Shown: positions 8,235-17,096, counted from the first letter of the stretch. The stretch: DNA of 64,000 nt from Candidatus Saccharimonadales bacterium (GCA_038207115.1 JBBRAC010000002.1:57819-121818); one strand, 5' to 3'. Notes: generated by a model from the sequence alone, not told the origin. Numbers and translations are program-made.

Positions 8235-8882
8235 ATGACGAAAACACCTTCCATGCAAGAGATACTCGATAAAGTAGAATTTTTGTTTGAACGCTACTCA
8301 CTAAAATGAAGAGCAACCACACAGCCATACATACTAAAAGTTGCCGAGTGACAACTCGAGGGCCATACATACCACCCAGACGATGATTTGGTTCGCGAAA
8401 CGCTTATTGAGCATGTGGGCTCGTTGCCGATGCTTGGTACGGCACTCTACCCACTTATCAATGACCCCGAGGTTGATCTAGGACAGTCACTAATAATGAT
8501 GGCAACCCACGACATAGGCGAACTCATTACTGGTGACGAAATGGTTTTTACCAAAAAAGCTGACTCGCATATTGCGGAACGTAAAGCCGCCCTTGAACTG
8601 CTTGATCCTATGTACCATGCCATTTACGATAACGCCGAAACCAAAACGAGTAAGTCGGCAAAGTTCGCAAAGTCTATTGATAAGATCAACCCCGATATTA
8701 TCGATTACTTGATGCCACCCGAAATTACAAAGTGGCGATATAAAGAATATGTTGGTATTGAGCCAGAGCAAATTATTGAGACTATCGTCAAGCACAAACG
8801 TCCTCATATGCTCTGGAATCCTTTCATGACTGAATTTTACATATACCTTCTTGAACAACTTGATAAAAAACTTCGAGCCTAG
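8235..8882 (+). pseudogene. HD-domain phosphohydrolase (YfbR/HD_3-like), possibly inactivated by two in-frame TGA codons
   Basis: HD motif MATHDIGELITGDE. The leaderless ATG at 8235 is in the same frame as the ORF-track ORF (8388, TTG start). TGA codons at 8307-8309 and 8349-8351 interrupt that frame. Alternatively, a shorter protein may initiate at TTG 8388. Confidence 0.5.
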
Positions 8883-8953
8883 GCATATTGATTAGCTTAG
8901 TCCTGATAAGCTCCACGATGGCTCTCCAGCCCCGCTCGTAAAACTTCTCTGTT

Positions 8954-10191
8954 ATGAGGAGTGTTGCTATGATGATATTAATGAACTCTACACAGATAGC
9001 GCAATATAACGCCAGGCTGGCTAACATATCAGACTTCTTGTCTGGCTCGACTTTTATTTTGGCCATTTGGCTGCTGTACAGCTTGAACGTCTTACATCTA
9101 AAACCAACATTAGCAGTTATTACGTTTATGACCATCTGGATAGGTAGTGCGATACTGGAAATCCCCACCGGTGCTTTAGCCGATCGTGTAGGCAGGAAAA
9201 GAATCTTTATTATTGGCAACTGCTGTTCTGCCTCTATCCACTAGCCTAAGCCTTCAAGCTCCCTATAATCCCGCTTATAGCAACTTGTTTAGTAAGCGCA
9301 CTCGGCAGTGCTATGCGCTCTGGTTCGCTACTGCCAATTGTTCATGCCAGCTTCAAGAAAGCCGAGCTTGGAGACAAAGCCTACGAGCGCTTCCTAAGTG
9401 GTAATACTATGGCTACATTCGTCGCTAGGGCAGCTACTGGCTTAGCTGGTGCATGGCTGTACACGCTGAACCATACTTGGCCGTTCTATGCGATGTTCTT
9501 AGTAACATTCATGAACTTTTTACTCGGTTTTTACATCAAGGACACGGCAATCGAAGTAGATGAAAATGCCGTTAAAACGACTAATAATCAGCACATTAAG
9601 CAAACCCTAAGCACTATTCGTAGAAGCGACGTGGTGTTTGCTATAATCGTGGCCTTTGGACTACTTAACCTCGCAGCCGAGGCAACCTGGACAGGCTACC
9701 AAGTGTTCTTCCAATCAGACGGCCGAAGCCCATTCATAATTGGTGCGTTGTTTACGATAATTGCTTTCTGCTCGGCTACGTCAGCATATTTTATTCGTTT
9801 TGCTATCGGTAAGTTTCGGCCGCTCAACCTTATCCAATTTTTTGGGCTTGGCGTACTGCTGACCACTGCGTTAATCCTTCAGCCAAACCATGCACTACGC
9901 TTATTTGCCGTTGTGCCAATGGGGTTTGCATCAGGAACAAGCGCATTTGTTATGAACGCCAGCGTGCAGAAGTTCATTGCTAATCGCTATCAAGCAACGG
10001 CACTCTCGGTGGTGAGTTTTGTGACATACGCAGTTTATGGGATTGGCTCTATAGGTTTTGACGTTCTGCTGCAAATCTTTGGTGCCTCAAAAGTCAGGGC
10101 TATTTTGCTAGGAACAGCCTTACTGGTATCGGTAGCAATCGCTCTGTACAGCACTGGCCGAGTTAAGAAGGTTCCGTTAGAGACTGTTTGA
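8954..10191 (+). pseudogene. MFS transporter, disrupted
   Basis: The N-terminal piece (frame of 8954) carries MFS motif A (GALADRVGRKR) and stops at 9242-9244. The rest continues in the frame of 9313 (...ALGSAMRSGS..., multiple TMs). That frame has a TAA at 9247-9249, so at least two lesions are needed to explain the break. Confidence 0.65.
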
Positions 10192-10250
10192 ACTGATAGG
10201 CTAGATCAGCCCTGGGGTAGATGGCTTGTCTGGCTATTCACTTGGATTTT

Positions 10251-10315
10251 AGTTGCAATAGCGTTGACGGTGGCCCTCAATATCGTTTAAACAAAGACAG
10301 TGGTTCACTGTTTTT
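10251..10315 (+). repeat. intermodule element copy G (box + terminator hairpin)
   Basis: Box 10251-10280: AGTTGCAATAGCGTTGACGGTGGCCCTCAA. Hairpin ACAGTG/CACTGT at 10297-10311, then T5, then TGCTATTAT (10315-10323). Confidence 0.75.
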
Positions 10316-10372
10316 GCTATTATAGTTAAGCAAACAAATGGTTTAGTGGATTGTATTCTAAGGAGGTAAATT

Positions 10373-11107
10373 ATGGCAAATCAGACAAAATTTAGCGGCT
10401 TGAGGGCATTATTTATTAATTGCTCAATTAAATACAATAAAGAAGACTCACATACACAAAAATTGATGAATCGTTCGTCCGGAATAATGAAATCACAGGG
10501 GTTAGAAGTTGAGCATGTATACGCTCTGGATTATGATATAGCTTTTGGGATGATTAAAGATGGGACCGTTTTTGGGAAAAAGGATGACTGGCCAAAAATA
10601 CAAAAAAAGATTATGGCTGCAGACATCCTAGTCGTTGGTTCGCCTATTTGGTTGGGGGTAAAATCTTCTGTTGCTACATTAGTCATCGAAAGAATGTATG
10701 CATACAGCGGAGATCATAATAAAAAAGATCAATATTTGTACTATGGTAAAACCGGTGGTTGTATTATTACTGGTAACGAGGATGGCATAAAGCATTGCAG
10801 TATGGATTTACTCTACGCGTTGCAGCATATAGGCTATACGATCCCGCCACAGGCAGATTGTGGTTGGATTGGAGAAGCAGGTCCTGGACCAAGCTATGGT
10901 GATATAGAATGGAATGGTAAAAAGATAGATCCTCCATTGGGTTATGATAATGATTTCACAAATCGTAATGCCACATTTATGTCGTGGAATCTTATGCATA
11001 CAGCTCGGATGTTAAAGGACAATGGCGGCATTCCAGCGACCGGGAACACGACAAACGATTGGCAGCATGTTACGAATGCCAAAAATCAAAATCCCGAATA
11101 TAGATAA
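10373..11107 (+). CDS. flavodoxin-like NAD(P)H-dependent FMN reductase family protein
   Basis: Family motifs: ALFINCSIK, DILVVGSPIWLGVKSSVATLVIERM, TGNEDGIKH, GEAGPGPSYGD. Strong SD (AAGGAGGT) upstream of ATG 10373. Confidence 0.75.
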   Translation: MANQTKFSGLRALFINCSIKYNKEDSHTQKLMNRSSGIMKSQGLEVEHVYALDYDIAFGMIKDGTVFGKKDDWPKIQKKIMAADILVVGSPIWLGVKSSVATLVIERMYAYSGDHNKKDQYLYYGKTGGCIITGNEDGIKHCSMDLLYALQHIGYTIPPQADCGWIGEAGPGPSYGDIEWNGKKIDPPLGYDNDFTNRNATFMSWNLMHTARMLKDNGGIPATGNTTNDWQHVTNAKNQNPEYR

Positions 11108-11184
11108 GCCTCAATTTAAAAAATACCTATTATGTAGTTGGCATATGTATTTCTAACAGATTAATTAAATGCGGCCTCGGTTAC

Positions 11185-12327
11185 TTAAGCCAGCCGGGCT
11201 TCTTCGCTCATAAGATTCTGCCTGAAATAGTGCATTGCACATTGACCTGCCATATTTGCCGCCAGCTCAAGAGTAGACAGTTTTTCGTCGCCAGCCAAGC
11301 ATTCTTGGCGATATCGAATAAGACGTCTACCGATTTCCTTCAGAGCCGCTCGTTTCACCAGCTCCTCATCCGTAATGCCGACCTCAATCACATTTACACT
11401 GAAGTCAAACTGTGATTCCATAGCCTTTATATACCCCGCAGCATCGGGAAGATAGCCAACCATCTCTGCTAGCAATGCAAAATTCTCACAGTCCTTATCA
11501 TAATTTGTCCTTCCGCTACCCAAGTCGACTAGCCGATTGCCCAAATCGGCTGTGGCGGCGATGAATGCCAAATTTATGGGATGATCTGGGCTAAGACTAA
11601 ATATAGGAAACGTTTCAAATTTAGCAAAACCGACAGGTTCGCTGGCCGCTAGCTTTTTATATATCTCCGATAGAGCCACACCAAATTTTCCACTACCTCC
11701 TCCTGGACTCAGGAGTACCAAACTTCGATTAGGATCGGCAATTGTGTCATCGCCACCAAAGATGGTATCAAACTTTTCACCGTCTAGGCAGTTCGTATCT
11801 GGGTACCCGGGCACTTCGTAGCAAAACGACAGAGTTATTCCTGTACTCCGATACAAAGTGGCTGCAAAATTTTCAATAGCAGTGACATTTGCTTGTTCCA
11901 TTTGCCGAGGGGTGACTGCAACAACTACACTTTCGACGTCAATACCGTGAACTTGCTTGGCCTCGTTTACGATACGTACTGTTTCATCGTCGTAGCGCAA
12001 CCCAGAGTCACCGCGTATTCGACCATGCAAAGTTCGCCCTTCTGGGGGATAAAGAATATCACGAGCATTGACCACCATAGCGATTTTACTGTTGCACTCT
12101 TGTTGCAACCCGCGAACTATGGCTGCTTTATTGTCTGGGTTATAACCAGGGAAAACACGAGCTGCGTGGTGATCACCAAATGGCTTGCCACCAAACTCAA
12201 CTATAAGGTTTGCATCAGGCATGCTCTTCATACGACCTTGGAATGCGGCTAGCTGCGCTTCTAGATAGAGCTCATTATTAAAGGCCGGCTGGTCCAAAAC
12301 CACAGGCGTGGTTTTTTCGCCACTCAT
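11185..12327 (-). CDS. DUF1846 (UPF0371) family protein
   Basis: Family-typical strings: VEFGGKPFGDHHAARVFPGYNPDNK, SPGGGSGKFG, AKFETFPIF, HPINLAFIAATADL. The start overlaps the upstream kinase stop (TAATG). Confidence 0.7.
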   Translation of the reverse strand: MSGEKTTPVVLDQPAFNNELYLEAQLAAFQGRMKSMPDANLIVEFGGKPFGDHHAARVFPGYNPDNKAAIVRGLQQECNSKIAMVVNARDILYPPEGRTLHGRIRGDSGLRYDDETVRIVNEAKQVHGIDVESVVVAVTPRQMEQANVTAIENFAATLYRSTGITLSFCYEVPGYPDTNCLDGEKFDTIFGGDDTIADPNRSLVLLSPGGGSGKFGVALSEIYKKLAASEPVGFAKFETFPIFSLSPDHPINLAFIAATADLGNRLVDLGSGRTNYDKDCENFALLAEMVGYLPDAAGYIKAMESQFDFSVNVIEVGITDEELVKRAALKEIGRRLIRYRQECLAGDEKLSTLELAANMAGQCAMHYFRQNLMSEEARLA

Positions 12328-12947
12328 TAAATTTCAAGTATTCTATCGCTAATAGTGTCGACAACTTCCTCAAGTACAAGGTTATCAGTATCTATTATGA
12401 CACCCCCAAAAGGCGCCCGAGCCTCAACCTGTTCCAATAAAGAACGAGTCATTTCAAACAACCTATGCCCCGGTAGATTTGGCTGATAATCTTCGGGGCG
12501 TACATCGCTCTTTGTTACTAGACGCCGCTGTCGAACCGCCTCACTAACACTAAGTAATACCGCAAGGTCCGGCTCACGTATAAGCGGTCCTACGCACTCG
12601 TCAGCGTCGAAGCCACGATATTTTAGATCAGCTCGGACATCAAATATACCCCTATCTTTAACGACTGTGACCCCCAAGTCTGTTAGCTCTGTAATGACCA
12701 TACTATCCACGGATGTTTTAGCAGCTTGTAGCGCTATAAAATATTTGGACTTGTCGCCTATTTCTTCTCGTAAAGAGCGATTCGAGAATGGGTTATGCCA
12801 GTTATTGTCTTCACGCCAATCATCAAAGAAAATGGCAGGGTGGCCATGTGCGTTGAGTCGACCGGCTACCTTACGCCCAACAGTAGTTTTACCAACACCG
12901 TCCGGTCCATGGATTGTAATATATGAAGATTTTTCTAAACGTATCAT
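12327..12947 (-). CDS. thymidylate/deoxynucleoside-kinase-like P-loop protein
   Basis: Walker A motif ITIHGPDGVGKTTVGRKV. 206 aa. Operonic with NUDIX (upstream) and DUF1846 (downstream). Confidence 0.6.
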   Translation of the reverse strand: MIRLEKSSYITIHGPDGVGKTTVGRKVAGRLNAHGHPAIFFDDWREDNNWHNPFSNRSLREEIGDKSKYFIALQAAKTSVDSMVITELTDLGVTVVKDRGIFDVRADLKYRGFDADECVGPLIREPDLAVLLSVSEAVRQRRLVTKSDVRPEDYQPNLPGHRLFEMTRSLLEQVEARAPFGGVIIDTDNLVLEEVVDTISDRILEI

Positions 12948-12972
12948 TCTGAGTTACCATGGTGTTTCGTCA

Positions 12973-13404
12973 TTAAAGAATTTGTAAGAATAAATCAGAC
13001 CCCTGTGAATTACTACTAACAGATTCCAGCATTCCTGCAATCTCGTCACCTCTCATAAGGCCCTGCAGGGCGAGCTTACGCACCGAATCAAGCGACATAT
13101 ACTCACTTTTATGCTGCCCAGAAAATTCTGGTTCGTTTGCTACGGTGCATACGAAAACGAACTTGATTACGGTATTGCCTTCGTGTGAATTTGGCTTGTT
13201 GACAACTCCTACAAGCTTTTCCGAGGTAACTTGGTAGCCAGTTTCTTCTCTTACTTCACGACGCAAACAGTCAATAATACTCTCAGCTTCCTCCAGTTTG
13301 CCGCCCGGCAAGCCCCATTTTCCGACAGCGCTAGGCTTCGTTTCTTTGATAAGCAAAAATTCGTCATCTTTTCGTACAATAGCACTACTCACAACTACAA
13401 TCAT
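12973..13404 (-). CDS. NUDIX hydrolase
   Basis: Nudix box GGKLEEAESIIDCLRREVREETGY. Confidence 0.85.
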   Translation of the reverse strand: MIVVVSSAIVRKDDEFLLIKETKPSAVGKWGLPGGKLEEAESIIDCLRREVREETGYQVTSEKLVGVVNKPNSHEGNTVIKFVFVCTVANEPEFSGQHKSEYMSLDSVRKLALQGLMRGDEIAGMLESVSSNSQGSDLFLQIL

Positions 13405-13491
13405 GAGACACCCCTAACTTCGGTCATATTTTGCGCAAGAGTATTATTATACAGTATTTAGGCTCTCGGTGCGTATCGGTGGTCCGGTTCC

Positions 13492-13529
13492 AGTTGCGAC
13501 AGCGTCCATGGTGGCCCCCCAAAGATACC
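13492..13529 (+). repeat. intermodule element copy H (box, GATACC subtype)
   Basis: AGTTGCGACAGCGTCCATGGTGGCCCCCCAAAGATACC. It is preceded by a partial tandem copy (GTGCGTATCGGTGGTCCGGTTCC, 13469-13491). Downstream there is an inverted repeat, AGAGATATAGA...TCTATATCT. Confidence 0.75.
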
Positions 13530-13589
13530 TCAAGAGATATAGATTAGTTCCTGTTAAAGCATCGTTGTTTTTTGTCACTATTCTATATC

Positions 13590-13598
13590 TGTTATCAT
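13590..13598 (+). promoter_or_regulatory. extended -10 promoter, leaderless configuration
   Basis: TGTTATCAT, then a 6-nt spacer (TTTGCT), then ATG 13605. Confidence 0.5.
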
Positions 13599-13604
13599 TT
13601 TGCT

Positions 13605-14000
13605 ATGACAAATCACCTTATAGACCCACGCATTGATGAATACCTACGCAGCCTGCCTGAATGGCAAGGAAACATTTGTAATCAAATCCGTGAGCTTATA
13701 CACGAGGCTGACTTAGGTATAGCCGAGACCATTAAATTCACAAATAGACCATACTTCATTTTGAACGGTAACATCTGTGCATTACTTGCTACAAAAAGCC
13801 ACGTTAATGTATTTATTTACGACCCAATAGCTCCTGACCCAGAAAACATTATTAATCAGGGGCACCGTAATCAGACTCCTCGGTCAATCCAAATTAAAGA
13901 AAGTGATCAAATTAATTCAAATGCACTAAAAAACCTTATCAAGGCGGTTGCAGATAATAATAAAGCAGGCGGTTGGCGAAAACTTCAAAAAGCTAAATAG
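13605..14000 (+). CDS. DUF1801 (YdhG-like) domain protein
   Basis: Sequence: IDEYLRSLPEWQGNICNQIRELIHEA...ETIKFTNRPYF...KSHVNVFIY. Start taken at ATG 13605 from the promoter geometry; the ORF track starts at 13572. Confidence 0.6.
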   Translation: MTNHLIDPRIDEYLRSLPEWQGNICNQIRELIHEADLGIAETIKFTNRPYFILNGNICALLATKSHVNVFIYDPIAPDPENIINQGHRNQTPRSIQIKESDQINSNALKNLIKAVADNNKAGGWRKLQKAK

Positions 14001-14019
14001 ATATTCTGTCATTGAAAAT

Positions 14020-14052
14020 AGTTGCCATAGACAAGACGATGGATCTCCAAAT
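14020..14052 (+). repeat. intermodule element copy I (box, GACAAGAC subtype)
   Basis: AGTTGCCATAGACAAGACGATGGATCTCCAAAT. It shares the GACAAGAC.ATGGA.CTCCAA variant with copy E. Confidence 0.65.
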
Positions 14053-14204
14053 TAATCATCCACGATTGCATAGGTTATTCTAACGGTTGCGTTTGAAATT
14101 GGAAGTCAGGTACTTTAAACCATTAGGAGGGGCGGAGTATACTGTATGTGTATTCAACTAACAGCAGCTAAAAATAAACGTTTCTAGACGTCGGATGTCA
14201 CAGC

Positions 14205-15932
14205 ATGGTACGCCCCGAGAACCCCGTAGTATTATTGGAAGATAATACATACTTCTCACCGGAAATCACCCCGGAGGACGGATCTCGGCTTGTGCTCGAC
14301 CTGGCGGCCTTGGCCATGCTCGCCACCAATCCGATCGAAGCAGCTGCAGAAACAGACCGCAGCACTGAAGCGTTCCGCGTGTGGCGTAACCCTGACACGT
14401 ATGAAGTAAGTATCGACAGCAGCATCACACTTGAAGATTACCGGGGCATAACAGCGCCCGAGGATATGGCGCTGCTGGAACAGCAGGCTGAGGGCCTACG
14501 CGGGAAAAAGGTGGTATTCATCAACCCTACGCTGGAAGGCGGCGGCGTGGCCATGCTACGACCGCCACTCATCCATTTGCTGCGGCAGTTAGGCGTTGAC
14601 GCACACTGGTACGTCATGGATGGCCGGAAAAAACCTGATGACCCAAATCCCTTCGACTTTACCAAGCTCATGCACAACATCTCGCAGCGGCGCATGCCAG
14701 CCGACGTACGGATTACCGAAGGAGGCAAAGCAGTACACTGGCGGTGGAACACCGAAAATGCTGAGGTTTTGCTGGTGCAAGACACCATCCTGACGGCCGA
14801 CATTATTATACCCGATGATCCGCAACCGGCACCGCTCATCCGCGGTCTCCAAGCCGCCAACCCACAGGCTAAAATAATATCGCGTAACCACATTGACACC
14901 TCGTACGACTTGATTGCTGACCCCACCACACCGCAAAGTGAATTAGCGCGGTACCTTTTGGATGAATGTGGCATGCGAGGTGTCGATGCAATCGTGACAC
15001 ACCCTGTGGATGCCTTCATGTATCCCGGTATGGAGGATAAGACCTTTTTTGCGCCGGCTACCGTGGAACCGTTTGATGACCTAAACAGAGCGCTCACCGA
15101 AACAGAAATTAATGATGGACTGACATTCATTAACAGCGAAATATCGGCTAAAAACCTTGAGTCGGCAGTGGCGGGCCACCCGGAAGACTTGCAAGCGTTG
15201 GTCGACCCTACACAGCGGCGTATTATTCTGGTAGCGCGATTTGATGAATCAAAAGGCATGCACCTGGCGATGGAGCTGGGCGTACGCACCCGGGAAAAGA
15301 TGCGCGCCGGCGGCGTGGCCGAAGCAGCTTTACCGCAAGTAATTATCGTTGGCAATGGTTCCGTCGATGACCCGAGCGGGGTGCCAATGTTTGAGAAGAT
15401 GATGAAGCTCAGGCGAGAAAAGTATCCGGACGAAATGGAGGGTATCATCCTGATGCGCCTGAAGCACAATTACAAAGCCATGAATGCGCTGATGTACCCA
15501 TCATCGGCTGCTGGCGAGGCCAGCCCGGCGCCAGTCATTGGCATACAGACTTCCGAAGCAGAGGGCTGTGAAACACGCATTAGTGACTGGATCCGTCACG
15601 GTATACCGGTCGTTGTTGCTAACCGGGGCGGCATGCCCTTGCAGGTGGTCGAAGGCCAATCTGGCTTCATTCTCGACTTTGGCAAGCCCGACTTCGACCT
15701 CGACCACGGCGCCAACCTTATCTGCGAGCAGATGACAGACGCCGAAAAATATGCAGCCCTGTGCCGTACCACCCTTAGCACGGCCGAGACTTTCAATAAC
15801 CGGGATTTCACCACGGTGGCAAATACCATTCGGTGGATGCGCATTTTCACGAGCGTGCTCAACGGTACCCCGGCCGACAAACACTGGAAGCTCGACGACT
15901 TAGCCGGGCAGAAATTGTTACAAGCCTCCTAA
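14205..15932 (+). CDS. GT4-family glycosyltransferase, trehalose synthase/phosphorylase (TreT)-like
   Basis: 575 aa. N-terminal GT-B signature INPTLEGGGVAMLRPPLIHLLRQLGVDAHWYVM. C-terminal half: SEAEGCETRISDWIRHGIPVVVANRGGMPLQVVEGQSGF. Markedly GC-rich relative to its flanks. Confidence 0.55.
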   Translation: MVRPENPVVLLEDNTYFSPEITPEDGSRLVLDLAALAMLATNPIEAAAETDRSTEAFRVWRNPDTYEVSIDSSITLEDYRGITAPEDMALLEQQAEGLRGKKVVFINPTLEGGGVAMLRPPLIHLLRQLGVDAHWYVMDGRKKPDDPNPFDFTKLMHNISQRRMPADVRITEGGKAVHWRWNTENAEVLLVQDTILTADIIIPDDPQPAPLIRGLQAANPQAKIISRNHIDTSYDLIADPTTPQSELARYLLDECGMRGVDAIVTHPVDAFMYPGMEDKTFFAPATVEPFDDLNRALTETEINDGLTFINSEISAKNLESAVAGHPEDLQALVDPTQRRIILVARFDESKGMHLAMELGVRTREKMRAGGVAEAALPQVIIVGNGSVDDPSGVPMFEKMMKLRREKYPDEMEGIILMRLKHNYKAMNALMYPSSAAGEASPAPVIGIQTSEAEGCETRISDWIRHGIPVVVANRGGMPLQVVEGQSGFILDFGKPDFDLDHGANLICEQMTDAEKYAALCRTTLSTAETFNNRDFTTVANTIRWMRIFTSVLNGTPADKHWKLDDLAGQKLLQAS

Positions 15933-15972
15933 GCCATGTATAAACTTGGTTCAAACGATGTTAAAAAAGCTG

Positions 15973-16001
15973 TTGACGACAAATATTCTACTTGCTATAT
16001 T
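15973..16001 (+). promoter_or_regulatory. sigma70-type promoter (orphan)
   Basis: TTGACG at 15973-15978, a 17-nt spacer, then TGcTATATT with the hexamer at 15996-16001. Confidence 0.55.
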
Positions 16002-16007
16002 CTTTCA

Positions 16008-16156
16008 CGGAAGACCAAGTGAAACAGCACATTAGTTCGATATATGTAGCCAATCGAGTTAGTAAGTTACGAGTTTGTTAGTTAGTAAGCTACATCTGTG
16101 GGTGCAAGTCTTCCCGTAAGTAATAAGAGGCACGATACTAGTGCCTCTTATTTTTT
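16008..16156 (+). ncRNA. candidate structured small RNA (unknown family)
   Basis: Lies between a consensus promoter and a strong intrinsic terminator (AATAAGAGGCAC/GTGCCTCTTATT at 16122-16152, then a T-run). Nested stems: ACGGAAGAC (16007-16015) with GTCTTCCCGT (16108-16117), and ATGTAGC with GCTACAT. There are two direct GTTAGTAAG(T/C)TAC repeats. No ATG-initiated ORF. Confidence 0.35.
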
Positions 16157-16445
16157 ATCCTTTTACCTGTATAAGCTATCCAGCTACATTCATAGCTAAG
16201 ATAGCTAAAGATTCAGATAACTTAGATGTAGATTTTGAGCTTGCAGAACAGGCTTCTAAAGGCAGCCCCCTCCAAGCAAACTGGCAAGAAAATCGCCTTT
16301 TTGCATCAAAGGAAAAACTGTATACCGACACCGCCAAACGGCTCTTCGAGCAATTGTCCATCAGTAATCCACACGATTGGCATCTAAATGGGCGCAATCG
16401 ACGTAAAGCTGGTGACTGGAAAAGCTGACTTCAAAATCGAATCTC

Positions 16446-16483
16446 AGTTTCGATAGCGTTCACGGCAGAACCCATATATAAGC
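16446..16483 (+). repeat. intermodule element copy J (box)
   Basis: AGTTTCGATAGCGTTCACGGCAGAACCCATATATAAGC. Confidence 0.6.
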
Positions 16484-16528
16484 AGTTCGGAAGACCACTT
16501 CTAAAGCATTTGAAATTCATGTAAACTA

Positions 16529-16565
16529 TTGACATTTAGTCTAATGTACATACAATAGACTAAAT
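16529..16565 (+). promoter_or_regulatory. TA-operon promoter with flanking 9-bp inverted repeat (operator)
   Basis: TTGACA at 16529-16534, a 16-nt spacer, then TACAAT at 16551-16556, then 7 nt to ATG 16564. TTTAGTCTA (16535-16543) and TAGACTAAA (16557-16565) are a perfect inverted pair bracketing the -10. Confidence 0.55.
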
Positions 16566-16839
16566 GAAAACCGCTACAGTAAATTTTAAAACCGATGAAG
16601 CGACTAAGCTTAAGGCCCAAAAAGTGGCCAGTCAGATTGGCATCCCTCTCAGCAATCTCTTGAACGCATATCTTTACGAGCTTGCAAACACAGGCAGTGT
16701 TCATTTTACCGCGTCAGAACCTATGACAGAAAAGATGGAACTATTGATTGCTGAAGCCGAAAAAGAGATTGCTGCTGGTGAAGTAAGCGGCCCATTTGAG
16801 TCTCTCGAAGAAATGTTTACACATCTAGATAGCCTGTAA
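16564..16839 (+). CDS. type II antitoxin, RelB/DinJ family
   Basis: Sequence: MKTATVNFKTDEATKLKAQKVASQIGIPLSNLLNAYL. The stop overlaps the toxin start (TAATG). Confidence 0.75.
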   Translation: MKTATVNFKTDEATKLKAQKVASQIGIPLSNLLNAYLYELANTGSVHFTASEPMTEKMELLIAEAEKEIAAGEVSGPFESLEEMFTHLDSL

Positions 16840-17096
16840 TGGTTATTAAAACTACAAAAGGTTTTGATAAGCAATATGCTAAGGTAAACATCAAAATTAA
16901 AACCGCTTTTAAAAATCGCATAAACTTATTTAAGGCAAACCCATTTGATACAAGTCTAAGGAATCATTCTCTTAAGGGCAGATACTTGGGCTATCGGAGC
17001 ATAGATATTACCGGCGATGTCCGAGCACTCTATACAACGCAAGGCGATACAATTATCATATTCGGATTCATCGGAACACATAGCCAGCTATATTAA
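16839..17096 (+). CDS. type II toxin, RelE/YafQ family mRNA interferase
   Basis: 85 aa. Sequence: FDKQYAK...NPFDTSLRNHSLKGRYLGYRSIDITGDVRALY...IIIFGFIGTHSQLY. Confidence 0.75.
   Translation: MVIKTTKGFDKQYAKVNIKIKTAFKNRINLFKANPFDTSLRNHSLKGRYLGYRSIDITGDVRALYTTQGDTIIIFGFIGTHSQLY

Noticed and set aside
8113-8370. 85-aa minus-strand ORF
   Set aside because: It runs antisense through box copy F, its terminator hairpin and the HD-gene promoter. It has no start signals and no motif.
14438-15884. Long antisense and alternative-frame ORFs inside the GT4 gene (for example 14438..15469, 343 aa)
   Set aside because: This is the typical stop-poor antisense frame of a GC-rich gene. The sequences are Arg/Ser/Pro/Cys-rich low-complexity translations, and the sense frame has clear GT4 motifs.
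16141-16428. 95-aa plus-strand ORF downstream of the candidate sRNA
   Set aside because: Its only start is a GTG inside the terminator stem. It has no ATG, no SD, no leaderless promoter and no motif. It may be a gene remnant, but it is not supportable as a CDS.
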